64,000 bases of DNA from Patescibacteria group bacterium (lineage in GTDB: Bacteria; Patescibacteriota; Patescibacteriia; JBDRGY01): assembly GCA_043817315.1 (NCBI GenBank), contig JBDRGY010000016.1, positions 69,445-133,444 of the forward strand, in the 5' to 3' direction. This document shows positions 9,701 through 19,162 of the stretch, one piece after another. A model generated the notes under the pieces. The model ran no database searches. It was not told the origin of the DNA and saw only the letters and a list, made by a program, of their open reading frames with translations. The translations under genes were made by a program, and so were the position numbers. How positions within the stretch are numbered: the first letter of the stretch is position 1; each line of letters opens with the position of its first letter.

Positions 9701-11117
9701 GGGTAACTATCAATTTATGGGCACTCCTGGCACTAACTTCTGGATTACTGAAGATTCTGAACCAGCCTGGTACACTTGGGATTTAGAAATTCTTGACCCC
9801 AACAATCAGGTAGCAGAACAGCTGCAATCCAATGCCACTATCTGCATGCCCTTAAAACAGGACGTTATGGACGAAAAAAGCTTAACTGTTGATGATATCT
9901 TTCCCAAGTATTGGGATACAACCGCTTCCGCCTGGAAAACTCCTGAATCAGCCATTATCAACGAGGCTGAGGGTCAGGCCTGTCTACAGGTATCTCACTT
10001 TACTGAATTCGCTCTAACCACTCAGGCTTCTTTAGCAGGCGCTGGAGGAACAAGCGGTCCAGCTGATATCTTGGCTACCCCGGCTTCCGGCGGTGGTCCT
10101 CAGATCATTATTGCTAATGAAGACGGCAGCACAGTTTCTAACTTCTTCGCCTATGATTCCGGGCTGCGAATTGGTCTAACCGCTGCAACCGCTGATGTCG
10201 ATGCTGACGGCGAGACCGAAATAGTAGTCGCTCCGGGAGCCGGAGCCGGTCCTCAAGTCCGCATCTTCGATCATCAAGGTAATGTAGAAAGACAATTCTT
10301 CGCCTATCCCGAACATATCCGCTCTGGCATCTATGTCACCACCGGTGATGTCAACGGAGACGGCACGGATGATATCATCACCTCCACTCGAGAAGGTGCC
10401 GGACCACAAGTAGCTGTCTTTGACTCTGACGGCAATACCATCTCTCGTTTCTTCGCTTACGCCGAAACCTATCGCAATGGTTTCAGCGTTACCACTGGTG
10501 ATGTTAACGGCGATGGGTCTGATGAAATAGTCGTGGTGCCTGACGGCAGCGCCGGACCGCAAGTCCGCGTCTTCGACTATCAAGGCAATGAATTGGCTTC
10601 TTTCTTCGCCTACGGTGACACTGTCAGAGGTGGTTACAACGCCACCACTGGTGATGTTAACGGCGATGGCGTAGCTGATATCGTCATTACCCCCAAAGCT
10701 GGTCTAGGTCCTCAAGTAGCCATGTTCACCGGCACCGGAACCTTAATTGACCGTTTCTTCGCCTATGCGGAAAGTTTTCGAGGCGGTATTAACGTTTCAG
10801 TCGGTGATACAGATGGTGATGGCAACAATGACATCGTGGCTTGTCCCGAATCAGGTGCTGGCCCCCAAATCAGAGTCTTTGACACTGATGGTTCGGCCAA
10901 ATCACAGTTCTGGGCTTATGCTTCCACCTTACGCGGTAAATTCACCTCATTCGTTGCTGATCTCAACGGAGACGGCACCAATGAAGTGGTAACTGCTCCG
11001 GGTGAAGGTATGGGACCGCAGGTCAGAACTTTTGATAGAAACGGAAATCCTCTATCACAGTTCTTCACTCACCACACCGGCTTTCGAGGTGGCCTCAACA
11101 TGTTCCCGGCTTACTAA
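6726..11117 (+). CDS. Large secreted surface protein: carboxypeptidase-regulatory-like Ig repeats, HF|T motif domain, C-terminal FG-GAP repeats
   Basis: Signal peptide (AQA), SD AAGGAG, repeated I.G.V...G..V...G.Y beta-sandwich units, SHFTEFAL, about 7 repeats of GDVNGDG..EI...P..G.GPQVRVFD. Confidence 0.85.
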   Translation: MKKLKKTKIIVSTLTVLALVVPLAMGNSIQTAQAGDDSRISAVAVATGYSKTAGATTSYTVTFTVPSGHPINVGTSVSLRFQGSGCPWDIDWMQCQFDLENATVATGSFTIADQWSEGSEGIGFAANAKLSAGSYTVTISNVGNPAVIGGLYQIFGSTRVQDDPPEEGVEQPMTPSNALLLGNVIVTGTVYDTDGTTPMQNVWVQLHSNDWSVDFGSNTNSNGQYALIGALANGTYTMEAHAPWENTDVLSPDPKTVNYSGTTLTSNFAMIAPVKTIKAYVKYNNGVPCTSARVNANKRDGGGGSGARVDANGLAQFSVSGGNWELRPECGWDPENNQPLNCNWAFNQPGQQVSFTNDSSTETKTVNLTVQQTNAKIKGTVKLPNGTLLSNGFVDIRSGGPDGGGGNGSGLWNGAFDANVMAGNYKVSVHPDDQNPDLARYYSDEVDVNVGVGETKTLNITMKQKTSKITGTVKNKTTGAGVEGVWLNTWKREGQGWSNTQSGANGAFTFWVSAGDWEFNVDTHRRDENQATTYIPADSKMHSVSVGNNETVSGMVINVQEADANISVKAVDKNGAAITEDTWGWAFCRKKGQGWGPGNEFGSGMQQGTANIPLIGGFTYICGMHNPPDSPFLLEEDKEVTVAAGQTAQVNLTLLEPDSAIIGWVKDQQGNIVKNMGNQAEVFAVEAGGNWEWRPGRLNDDGSYEVNLLGGPDKIYMVGFRVWGMEKGESEFVETHPEPDDSIRVPANSEVTKIITAFRADTYISGQVLDPSGNPMGNVWVGADNHQAMEGKIKGDFEGGKVFNTGTGTRPDGTFKLNIVSGTFNLYSGTPPEFQNDFMSPRERQVTVTSASPAEGIVMQYRQADAFITAAATLPSGSSPMFGWCHAWNPEGGHSGRDIFDGQPARIPLTAGTWFVGCDTMDPETNKFYRSEEQRVSVATGDDKSLSFSMTEESYTIPEPFSQTFTASQLNVFTLPDGTTVTLPANAAGSEEGNYQFMGTPGTNFWITEDSEPAWYTWDLEILDPNNQVAEQLQSNATICMPLKQDVMDEKSLTVDDIFPKYWDTTASAWKTPESAIINEAEGQACLQVSHFTEFALTTQASLAGAGGTSGPADILATPASGGGPQIIIANEDGSTVSNFFAYDSGLRIGLTAATADVDADGETEIVVAPGAGAGPQVRIFDHQGNVERQFFAYPEHIRSGIYVTTGDVNGDGTDDIITSTREGAGPQVAVFDSDGNTISRFFAYAETYRNGFSVTTGDVNGDGSDEIVVVPDGSAGPQVRVFDYQGNELASFFAYGDTVRGGYNATTGDVNGDGVADIVITPKAGLGPQVAMFTGTGTLIDRFFAYAESFRGGINVSVGDTDGDGNNDIVACPESGAGPQIRVFDTDGSAKSQFWAYASTLRGKFTSFVADLNGDGTNEVVTAPGEGMGPQVRTFDRNGNPLSQFFTHHTGFRGGLNMFPAY

Positions 11118-11136
11118 GACTTACAGAGCTTCAATA

Positions 11137-11166
11137 GAAAACTCCCCGCTGTAGCGGGGAGTTTTC
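11137..11166 (+). terminator. Intrinsic terminator
   Basis: GAAAACTCCCCGCT-GT-AGCGGGGAGTTTTC. Confidence 0.85.
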
Positions 11167-11174
11167 CTTTGCCC

Positions 11175-11203
11175 TTGAAAAAGAGTCAAAAATGTGCTAT
11201 AAT
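11175..11203 (+). promoter_or_regulatory. sigma70 promoter of surface protein 2
   Basis: TTGAAA-17-TATAAT with extended TG. Confidence 0.8.
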
Positions 11204-11319
11204 GAGTACATAATAAATCTTCCAGGTCTACATGGAGGAACTTATAACTAAATACCATTCAACAAGATAACACCACATTTTTGTGGTCTTTTATATTCAA
11301 AAATTAATAATCAATAACT

Positions 11320-14300
11320 ATGTCAATCATTAAAAAAATCGTCTCCATTATCACTGTAATTTCCTTGGTAGCTCTGCTCTATCCCCTGGCTCCTCCTCAG
11401 CCTCAAACGGCCAGAGCAGCCACCCCGGGGAAGTTTACTGATGTATCAGTAACAGCGAGTAATTATACGTACGATGCTGCTGCTAATATTACTTTTACCT
11501 TTACTACAGCCAACTCTCTTACTGCCGAGAATGATGTTATCCGTTTTTATTTTGAGAATTTCAGTGATTGGGCCAACACCTTTACCTTAAGCAGTATTAC
11601 TGACGATGGTGGCTCCATTGATTACATGGAATACAAAAGCACCAATTATATTGAAGTTTACTTAGTTAGCTCCCCTGTTGCAGCCGGTTCAGTGGTTGAA
11701 GCTGTTTTTGCCGTTACTCACAGAGACATTGTTGGTTATGAAAGAGTAGGCATTGTTTCTTTCAGCCCGGACGGTGGGGGCACTGCTTATGAAGGATGTA
11801 CTGATGCCGGAGGGGGTGGTGCTTGGGATGATTGCACCCCTTATTATGTTATAGTGCCGGTTGGTACTCCGGAAGTAAAGGGCCGGGTTTTGGGACCAAT
11901 TGGTACGGCGGATGTCAACAACGGTATTTTTGAAACTAATGTCAATCTCTGGAACAGCGGTGGTTATTGGAATTGGGCCGCTACCGATCATCTCGGTTAT
12001 TTCTATTTCTACCAAGTGCCGACTAGTTCATGCGAGCTGGACTTTAGTAAGCCCTGGGATGCTGGTGTTGCTTACTCTGCTCCTGATAATCAAACTACAA
12101 CAGTAACTAGCGGCTCTACCACTGATATGGGGATTATCAGATACAATCTAGCTTCTGCAACTGGCATCGTAAAAAGAGAAGATAACGGGCAAGCTCTTCA
12201 AGATGTTAATATAAATTTCATGAACATTCCCATGCCCCCTACTAATACCGACGAGAATGGCCGATTCTATCTACCGCGTGTTGATCCGGGAACTTATTAC
12301 GTAATGATCGAAAAACCCTGGGGAGAAGCTGGTGAGGGCTTGGTTAATCCTGAACCTATCTCTGTAACTGTAACGGCCGGCTCTACAACTAATATGGGTA
12401 CCATTTATCTGGAATCAGCCAACAAAACAATCAAAGGTACTGTCAGACATCCTAACGGCAATCCGGTAACCGATGCCCAGATTGGTTGCAACACCCCCAT
12501 GGGCGGCGGTTGGTATTCAGCTACTACCAATGGCGCTGGCTACTATGAATTATTGGTCGGCAAGGGCCACTGGATGTGTTGGGTAGAACATGATTATAGT
12601 ATTCCTGATCACCAATTCAACTGGGTTTATTTTGACATGCCTTCGGGAATAACTTTTTCTGCAGACAATGCAGTAACCGAAACTAAAACTCAAAACTATA
12701 CCGTAACTGCCATTGATTCGACCATCCGTGGGCGAGTATTAAAGCCCAACGGCAGTCCTCTGACGGGCGAACCAGTTAATGTGGAAATCTTTAATCAAAC
12801 CGGTGGCGGTAATTGGATTCAAGTGGATTCAGCTACCGGAGCTTTTTCAGTCGGTGTACCGGCCGGTACTTATCAGGTAATGGTCAACATGTGGAGTGAT
12901 AACTGGGGCGGACCCAGCCCACAAACAGTTACTGTCTCAGCCAATTCTACTTATAATATGGGTAATCTCTATCTTCTGCCAAAAAGTGCCTCTATCTCTG
13001 GTACGGTGTCGGATACAGACAGGGCCGGGCTAAATAATCAATTTGTTGATTGCTGGGTACAGAATGAGTGGGGCAAATGGTCCTCCGGCAACACGAATAG
13101 TAATGGAGACTTCAGCTTTGCTGCCTTTGGTGGTTCTACCTATATGTGCAATCCCATGACCAATATGGGAGGTTGGGGAGGAGAGAATGAAGAGACTTAT
13201 GTTTATTTGGGTGCTCCTCAATCTGTTAATCTTCCTAATGTAACTAGCGCAGCTACCGGCGTAGATTTTGAACTGACCCGAGCTGACGCTACTATTAATG
13301 TAACCGCAGTTGACAGTAACGGAGATCAAATAAACGATATCTGGGGTTACGCTTTTATAGGTATGGGTGACATGATGGGCCCAGGCATGGGTGGCACTCC
13401 AATTGACGGTGGTACCGGTAGCTTCAAAATCCCCTCGGCTCAGTGTCCTGCCAGTTCTCCCTGTTACTTGAGTATTTCTATGCCTCCAGGCCAAGGAGCT
13501 GATTACTCGCCAGCTGGAGCAGTCTCTTTTTCAGTAACAGCTAACGGCACCGCTAATGTAAAAGTAGCTATGGTTCCTAATGATGCCACTCTGACAGGTT
13601 ATATTGTTGACAGTAATGGTGATGCTATAACCGGGGTCAGTGCTGTCGTCTTCGCTGACAAATTCGCAACAATGTCTTTCTTCGAATCTTGGGTAAATAT
13701 TGCTACCGGTCAATACACTATGAATACAGCTCCTGGAACTTATACTCTAGGCTATTTTGTTGATAAATCCACTGGCTATTTAGCCAGTGGGATGACTGAT
13801 AACGAAGTAACTACTGTCTCCGGTCAATCTGTCACCAAGAATTTAACTTTGGCCGAAATCGACTCCTGGATTACCGTTTCCGTCAAGGCACCCAACGGCG
13901 GCCCTATGCCCGGTGCTTTTGTTGACGCCTCGACTCAATCAGGTTTGGGAGAAATTCATGACGGCCCCATGATGGGCCCTGGCATGATGATGGGCCCCAT
14001 GATGGGCCCTGGCATGATGGGTGAAATGACCGGGGCAGATGGTACTGCTACTATTGGTTTGCCCGGCGGATCTACTTATTATGTCTCAGCTTCCCTGCCC
14101 CCTGAAATGAGCTACATCAACCCTGCCAAGCAGGCTGTAACTATAGAATCCGGGGAAACGGCAACCCTTACTTTACAATTCAGAGAATCAGATGCCACTA
14201 TTTATGGCACGGTGACCAAAGATGGCACGGCTACCTATGCCGGTGTCTATGCCTATTCTGATACTGGCGGCTTTACCCAAGATTTTGCCTGGAACGGCGC

Positions 14301-16497
14301 CTATTCTCTAAATGTTACCCAGGGCGATAACTGGCATGTTATTACTAAAGCTCAAGTAGGCAATGATTATTATTCCAGTGGTGAAAAAGTAGTAACAGTC
14401 GATGAGGCCATGGAAACACTTAATTTAGAATTAAGTTTAGCCGTGGCTAATATCCCTGATCCAGTCACTGCTACTTTTACTTGCTCTAATCCGGCGGTAG
14501 TGGCTTTTGCCGACAACAGTGTCACCGTAAACCTACCGGCCGGAGCTCTGTCCGCTAGCCAAGAAGAAACTTGTAAGATTACCCTTACCCCTCAGCCCCT
14601 ACTGCCCGATACTGCCGAAAGAAAAGTATTTAGATTCGGAACAGAAATCGTTGGTTATGTTGAAAATGCAGAAAAGGAAGATCAATTTAATTCCAGTGCT
14701 ACGGTCACTATCTGCTGGAATGCAGAAGCCATGGAAGCACTTGGCTTAACTATAGATAATTTTAATGGTAGTTATTGGGATGAAAGTGCTGCCTCTTGGA
14801 TGGGCACCAATAATTCGACATCGGATGAGGATAATAATTGCATAACCTTCCAAGCTAATCACTTTACTGACTTTGCTATCACTTCAGCTGAAATTTCAGC
14901 TCCCCGGATCACTGTTACTAGTCCAGAGGATGAAACTACAACTATAACGGCAAATTCAATAGTGGTTGAGGGCACGGTTTCTGACGTCAACGCTGATCTG
15001 ACCATCGCCTTGGACGGTACTTCAATTGGCGCAGTATCAATTGACTCTGCCACCGGCGCCTTCTCAGAAACAGTCACAGATCTATCTATCGGCACTAATA
15101 CCATTACAGTTGATGCTGAAAACGGAGTAGGAACGGCTGCTACCGTCTCCAGGACTGTAACTTACGATGCTGCTGGTGAAGGAGATCTGGGCACTGTTAC
15201 CGGCGTTGAATTATCACTGGCTGCCATGCCTTACGGTGACGGAGGCCCTCAAATCAGGCTATTCGACAAAGAGGGCACTGCTATCGGTACCTTCTTCGCT
15301 TATAGTCAAGATCTGGTTGGTCAATTCCAAATGGTCTCGGCCGACTTAGATGGCGATGGAGCCAAAGAGATTATCACCTCAACTGGTGAAGGATTTGGTC
15401 CTCAGATTAGAGTGTTCAAAGCTGACGGCACCTTGCTGGATACTTTCTTTGCCTACCAAGAATCATTCCGAGGTGGTGTTGATCTGGCCTTAGGAGACAT
15501 ATCCGGAGACGGCAACATTGATTTGGTAACCAAGCCGACTCAGGGCGGCGGGCCCAATGTCCGAGTCTACCAATGGGATACCGCTACTCATTCCTTCGAG
15601 CTCCTGGATTGGTTTATGGCCTTTAATGAAGGTTTCCGGGGAGAAATCAACTGGCTACTAACTGATGTGGATAATGATGATGCCGCAGAGATAATCATGG
15701 CTCCCAAATCTCAGGGTGGGCCCAATGTCAGAGTCTACCAGTACAATGGAAATGCCATGGAAGTAAAAGATTGGTTTATGGCTTATGATGAAAATTTCCT
15801 GGGCGGTGTCAATATCCTGGCTGGCGATGTAGATGGAGATAATATTAAAGAAATCATTACCACTCCCCATCAACAAGGCGCCCCCAACGTTAGAATCTAT
15901 CAGTGGAATACCGCTTCCGAACAATATGAAGTGCTCGATTGGTTCTGGGCCTTTCAAAACTCCTTCCGCGGTCAATTCAACACAAAAATTGCCGACGTCA
16001 ACGGTGACGGCAATAAAGACATCATCGTGGCTCCGGCTGAAGCGGGCGGACCCAACGTCAGAGTCTATACCTACAACACAACTGACGAAATTGTTGAGCT
16101 GATTGACTGGTTCTGGGCCTATCAACAGAACTACCTGGGTGGTGTCAATCTGGACATAGCTGATCTGGATGGTGATGGTAATAAAGAAATTATCACTACC
16201 CCCAATGCTAGCGGCGGCCCCAACATCCGGGCCTATGAATACAACCCTGATGATGGAGCTTTTGAAACATTGGATTGGATAATGGCCTATCATGATACTC
16301 ATCGGGGCATGATTGAGACCCAAGTAACTGATTTAGACGGAAACGGTGACAGTGAATTGATAGTTGCACCCTTAACTAATGGTGGTCCCAATGTCAGGAT
16401 CTATAATTATGCTGATGGTGATCTGCAGCTAGACAACTGGTTTTGGGCTTTTGCCGAAACCTTTGAAGGTGGTGTCAACATCCAAACTCTGTATTAA
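11320..16497 (+). CDS. Large secreted surface protein, paralog of 6726-11117 (Ig-like repeats, HF|T motif, FG-GAP tail)
   Basis: Signal peptide (ARA), same architecture, NHFTDFAI, GGPNVRVY / DLDGDG repeats. Confidence 0.85.
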   Translation: MSIIKKIVSIITVISLVALLYPLAPPQPQTARAATPGKFTDVSVTASNYTYDAAANITFTFTTANSLTAENDVIRFYFENFSDWANTFTLSSITDDGGSIDYMEYKSTNYIEVYLVSSPVAAGSVVEAVFAVTHRDIVGYERVGIVSFSPDGGGTAYEGCTDAGGGGAWDDCTPYYVIVPVGTPEVKGRVLGPIGTADVNNGIFETNVNLWNSGGYWNWAATDHLGYFYFYQVPTSSCELDFSKPWDAGVAYSAPDNQTTTVTSGSTTDMGIIRYNLASATGIVKREDNGQALQDVNINFMNIPMPPTNTDENGRFYLPRVDPGTYYVMIEKPWGEAGEGLVNPEPISVTVTAGSTTNMGTIYLESANKTIKGTVRHPNGNPVTDAQIGCNTPMGGGWYSATTNGAGYYELLVGKGHWMCWVEHDYSIPDHQFNWVYFDMPSGITFSADNAVTETKTQNYTVTAIDSTIRGRVLKPNGSPLTGEPVNVEIFNQTGGGNWIQVDSATGAFSVGVPAGTYQVMVNMWSDNWGGPSPQTVTVSANSTYNMGNLYLLPKSASISGTVSDTDRAGLNNQFVDCWVQNEWGKWSSGNTNSNGDFSFAAFGGSTYMCNPMTNMGGWGGENEETYVYLGAPQSVNLPNVTSAATGVDFELTRADATINVTAVDSNGDQINDIWGYAFIGMGDMMGPGMGGTPIDGGTGSFKIPSAQCPASSPCYLSISMPPGQGADYSPAGAVSFSVTANGTANVKVAMVPNDATLTGYIVDSNGDAITGVSAVVFADKFATMSFFESWVNIATGQYTMNTAPGTYTLGYFVDKSTGYLASGMTDNEVTTVSGQSVTKNLTLAEIDSWITVSVKAPNGGPMPGAFVDASTQSGLGEIHDGPMMGPGMMMGPMMGPGMMGEMTGADGTATIGLPGGSTYYVSASLPPEMSYINPAKQAVTIESGETATLTLQFRESDATIYGTVTKDGTATYAGVYAYSDTGGFTQDFAWNGAYSLNVTQGDNWHVITKAQVGNDYYSSGEKVVTVDEAMETLNLELSLAVANIPDPVTATFTCSNPAVVAFADNSVTVNLPAGALSASQEETCKITLTPQPLLPDTAERKVFRFGTEIVGYVENAEKEDQFNSSATVTICWNAEAMEALGLTIDNFNGSYWDESAASWMGTNNSTSDEDNNCITFQANHFTDFAITSAEISAPRITVTSPEDETTTITANSIVVEGTVSDVNADLTIALDGTSIGAVSIDSATGAFSETVTDLSIGTNTITVDAENGVGTAATVSRTVTYDAAGEGDLGTVTGVELSLAAMPYGDGGPQIRLFDKEGTAIGTFFAYSQDLVGQFQMVSADLDGDGAKEIITSTGEGFGPQIRVFKADGTLLDTFFAYQESFRGGVDLALGDISGDGNIDLVTKPTQGGGPNVRVYQWDTATHSFELLDWFMAFNEGFRGEINWLLTDVDNDDAAEIIMAPKSQGGPNVRVYQYNGNAMEVKDWFMAYDENFLGGVNILAGDVDGDNIKEIITTPHQQGAPNVRIYQWNTASEQYEVLDWFWAFQNSFRGQFNTKIADVNGDGNKDIIVAPAEAGGPNVRVYTYNTTDEIVELIDWFWAYQQNYLGGVNLDIADLDGDGNKEIITTPNASGGPNIRAYEYNPDDGAFETLDWIMAYHDTHRGMIETQVTDLDGNGDSELIVAPLTNGGPNVRIYNYADGDLQLDNWFWAFAETFEGGVNIQTLY
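13963..14019 (+). repeat. Intragenic tandem repeat (30-bp period) encoding GPMMGPGMM(M)
   Basis: GGCCCCATGATGGGCCCTGGCATGATG occurs twice, separated by ATG. Confidence 0.85.
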
Positions 16498-16510
16498 ATA
16501 TCAGATATAG

Positions 16511-16541
16511 CAAAAACCCCCGCCTAGGGCGGGGGTTTTTG
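16511..16541 (+). terminator. Intrinsic terminator
   Basis: CAAAAACCCCCGCC-TAG-GGCGGGGGTTTTTG. Confidence 0.85.
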
Positions 16542-16573
16542 ATTAGCCTGAAATATGATAATATATAGGCACT

Positions 16574-17548
16574 ATGACTAAAAGAGTTCTATCTGGTATT
16601 CAACCCACCGGAGTCTTGCACATCGGCAACTACTTGGGCTCGCTAAAACATTTTGTGGAATTACAAAATAAATACGAGTGCTTCTTTTTTATTGCTGATT
16701 ACCATTCCATCACCGAGGATTATAATCCCCAAGAAAAACCCCAGCAGGTTCTTGATTTGGCTATTGATTTTCTGTCAGCCGGCCTGGATCCTCAGAAATG
16801 TACAATATTCGTCCAATCCCAAGTGCCAGAACATTTAGAACTGGCCTGGATTTTTAACACCATCACTCCGGTGTCGGAACTACAAAGAATGACCCAGTAT
16901 AAAGATAAATCCCGACAACAACCGGAAAATATCAACATGGGTTTATTTGACTATCCGGTGCTCCAGGCAGCTGATATCTTAATCTATAAACCACAATTTG
17001 TGCCAGTGGGAATAGACCAGAAGCAGCATGTGGAGCTAACTAGAAAAATCGCCAGGCTTTTTAACAACAAATTTGGCGAAGTGTTTCCTGAACCTGATGT
17101 TTTGCTGACTAAAACTCCCAAAATAATGAGTCTGGCTGACCCCACCAAGAAAATGAGCAAGTCATTTAATCAAAGATCCTACATCGCTCTTAACGATGAG
17201 CCAGCCGCCATAAAAGATAAAATGAAAAGAGCGGTAACTGATACCGGCAAGAGCGAAAAAAGTCCAGGCGTCCAAAATCTATTTATGTTGCTACAACAAT
17301 TTGGTGGTAATGAGATATTTAACCAGTTTGAAAAAGAGCATAGGGCTGGTAAGATCAGTTACCAAAAATTAAAAGAAGCTTTGGCTGATGCTATTGGTAA
17401 TTACTTTGCTGATTTTCGTAGCCAGAAAAAAGAATTATCAAAAGACACTAAAAAGGTCAAGGACATACTGGAGGCAGGAAACAAAAAGGCCAGAGAGATT
17501 GCCATAGAAACTTTAATTGACGTTAAGAAAAAAATTGGATTAACTTAA
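16574..17548 (+). CDS. trpS: Tryptophan-tRNA ligase
   Basis: SGIQPTG.LHIGNY, YPVLQAADIL, VPVG.DQ.QH.ELTR, KMSKS. Confidence 0.97.
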   Translation: MTKRVLSGIQPTGVLHIGNYLGSLKHFVELQNKYECFFFIADYHSITEDYNPQEKPQQVLDLAIDFLSAGLDPQKCTIFVQSQVPEHLELAWIFNTITPVSELQRMTQYKDKSRQQPENINMGLFDYPVLQAADILIYKPQFVPVGIDQKQHVELTRKIARLFNNKFGEVFPEPDVLLTKTPKIMSLADPTKKMSKSFNQRSYIALNDEPAAIKDKMKRAVTDTGKSEKSPGVQNLFMLLQQFGGNEIFNQFEKEHRAGKISYQKLKEALADAIGNYFADFRSQKKELSKDTKKVKDILEAGNKKAREIAIETLIDVKKKIGLT

Positions 17549-17645
17549 TATTGGCACAATCAAATCCTGTCCTCAGGATTTTTTTGTTGCCAGATTATTA
17601 CTGATGTTATAAGATGGGACAAGGCTCATTATAGGAGGTATTACC

Positions 17646-18332
17646 GTGCTAAAGAGACTAAACACAGCACTTACTTGGTTGTTGACTGTTCTTTTTCTCA
17701 TCTTCTATTTCATCCTTTTTCGCCTACTCAATCAAATAACAGTGATCGGGTTAGAATCGGTCATCCCCCATCTCAAGAAAGGCAAAGTAATAATCGTTAC
17801 CAACCACCGCAGCATGCTGGACAGTGTTTTTGTAACTTGTACTCTGTATGGTCCCTGGATCTTGTGCCCCACCTTTTTCGATCGTCTGCCCTATCACGCG
17901 GCAGCTGTTGAAAACTACTTTCGTTGGTGGAACGCCTGGTTATATCGACGGGTTAGGGCTCTACCAATAAAGCCCGGTCGTCGTGACACCAGAATTCTAC
18001 TCCAGATGGTTAGGTTACTAACCAAAGGCAAGTCTGTCCACATTTACCCACAGGGGGGCAGGGGTCGAACTGATGAAATAGTCTTTCGAGGCGAAGGAGT
18101 TGGCTATCTGGCCCGTAAGACTGCGGCAACCATTATAGTCGGTCATTTCTGGGGTATGGAGAAAGTGTTGCCTGTTGGTCGCCGCTGGCCCAGGATCGGC
18201 CAGAAGATAACTCTGGTACTAGCCGGACCAATTGATCTCTCTCCCCTTCTGGAACAACCGGACAATCAGGCAACCTGGAAAGCTACTACTCAGCGCATCC
18301 ACCAAGCAATTGTTTCTCTGAAGGCAAAATAA
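17646..18332 (+). CDS. Lysophospholipid acyltransferase (PlsC family)
   Basis: NHRSMLD (HX4D), IYPQGGR; SD AGGAGG; GTG start. Confidence 0.85.
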   Translation: MLKRLNTALTWLLTVLFLIFYFILFRLLNQITVIGLESVIPHLKKGKVIIVTNHRSMLDSVFVTCTLYGPWILCPTFFDRLPYHAAAVENYFRWWNAWLYRRVRALPIKPGRRDTRILLQMVRLLTKGKSVHIYPQGGRGRTDEIVFRGEGVGYLARKTAATIIVGHFWGMEKVLPVGRRWPRIGQKITLVLAGPIDLSPLLEQPDNQATWKATTQRIHQAIVSLKAK

Positions 18333-18372
18333 AAAGAGCGCTTAACATCTTGGTATGTCATGGCGCTCTTTT
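18332..18372. terminator. Bidirectional terminator between convergent genes
   Basis: AAAAGAGCGC...GCGCTCTTTT. Confidence 0.65.
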
Positions 18373-18373
18373 C

Positions 18374-19162
18374 TTATTCGATATTTATTTCTATTAATTC
18401 AATCTTTCTGCCCAACCAGCTCTGGGCAACGTTCTTATTCTTGGGTGTTATATCAGACACGTAAAACTGGTGTTCTGATCCCTTGATAGTGTTTTGGGCT
18501 ACTTTCTGGTTTTTGGCCAGAAACTCTTTGACTGCCTGGGCTGTTTCATGGGCCGGGTCAATAATGGTCACTCTCTTTCCCATGATTTGAGAGATCATTT
18601 CTTTCAACAAGGGATAGTGGGTACAACCCAGGATTAAAGTATCAATTTGTTTATTTTTTAACGGCTTTAGGTATTTCTTGGCAATCCTTTTAGTTTCTGG
18701 TTTAGTCAACCAATTTTCTTCGACTAAAGGCACTAGCAGTGGGCAAGCTACCGACATGACCTTTATTTTGCTGTCTTCCTGATTGATTAATCTTTCATAA
18801 ATACCTGAAGCAATGGTTGCTTGAGTACCGATAACCCCGACTCTTTTATTGGCGGTAGCGGCAATCGCCTTTCTAACGGCTGGGGTGATCACTTCAAAAA
18901 CGGGTAAGTAGAACTTCTGGCGCAGCTGATCATAAGCCACGGCCGAAGCCGTATTACAGGCAACAATTAATATTTTGGCGCCTTTTTGCACTAAAAATTC
19001 AGCATCCTGCTGGGCGTATTTAACAATCGTCTTGTCCCCTTTGGTGCCGTATGGAGTCCGGGCAGTATCACCAAAATAGGCAATTTGATAATCGGGTAGA
19101 ATATTAAAAACTTCTTTAACTACGGTTAGGCCTCCAATTCCTGAATCAAAAATGCCAATCAT
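18374..19162 (-). CDS. murI: Glutamate racemase
   Basis: IGIFDSGIGGLTV, PYG, VACNTAS, LGCTHYP. Confidence 0.96.
   Translation of the reverse strand: MIGIFDSGIGGLTVVKEVFNILPDYQIAYFGDTARTPYGTKGDKTIVKYAQQDAEFLVQKGAKILIVACNTASAVAYDQLRQKFYLPVFEVITPAVRKAIAATANKRVGVIGTQATIASGIYERLINQEDSKIKVMSVACPLLVPLVEENWLTKPETKRIAKKYLKPLKNKQIDTLILGCTHYPLLKEMISQIMGKRVTIIDPAHETAQAVKEFLAKNQKVAQNTIKGSEHQFYVSDITPKNKNVAQSWLGRKIELIEINIE

Noticed and set aside
10060-16497. Repetitive DNA as a CRISPR array or DGR repeat
   Set aside because: These are degenerate in-frame FG-GAP coding repeats; no fixed repeat-spacer pattern, cas genes or reverse transcriptase.
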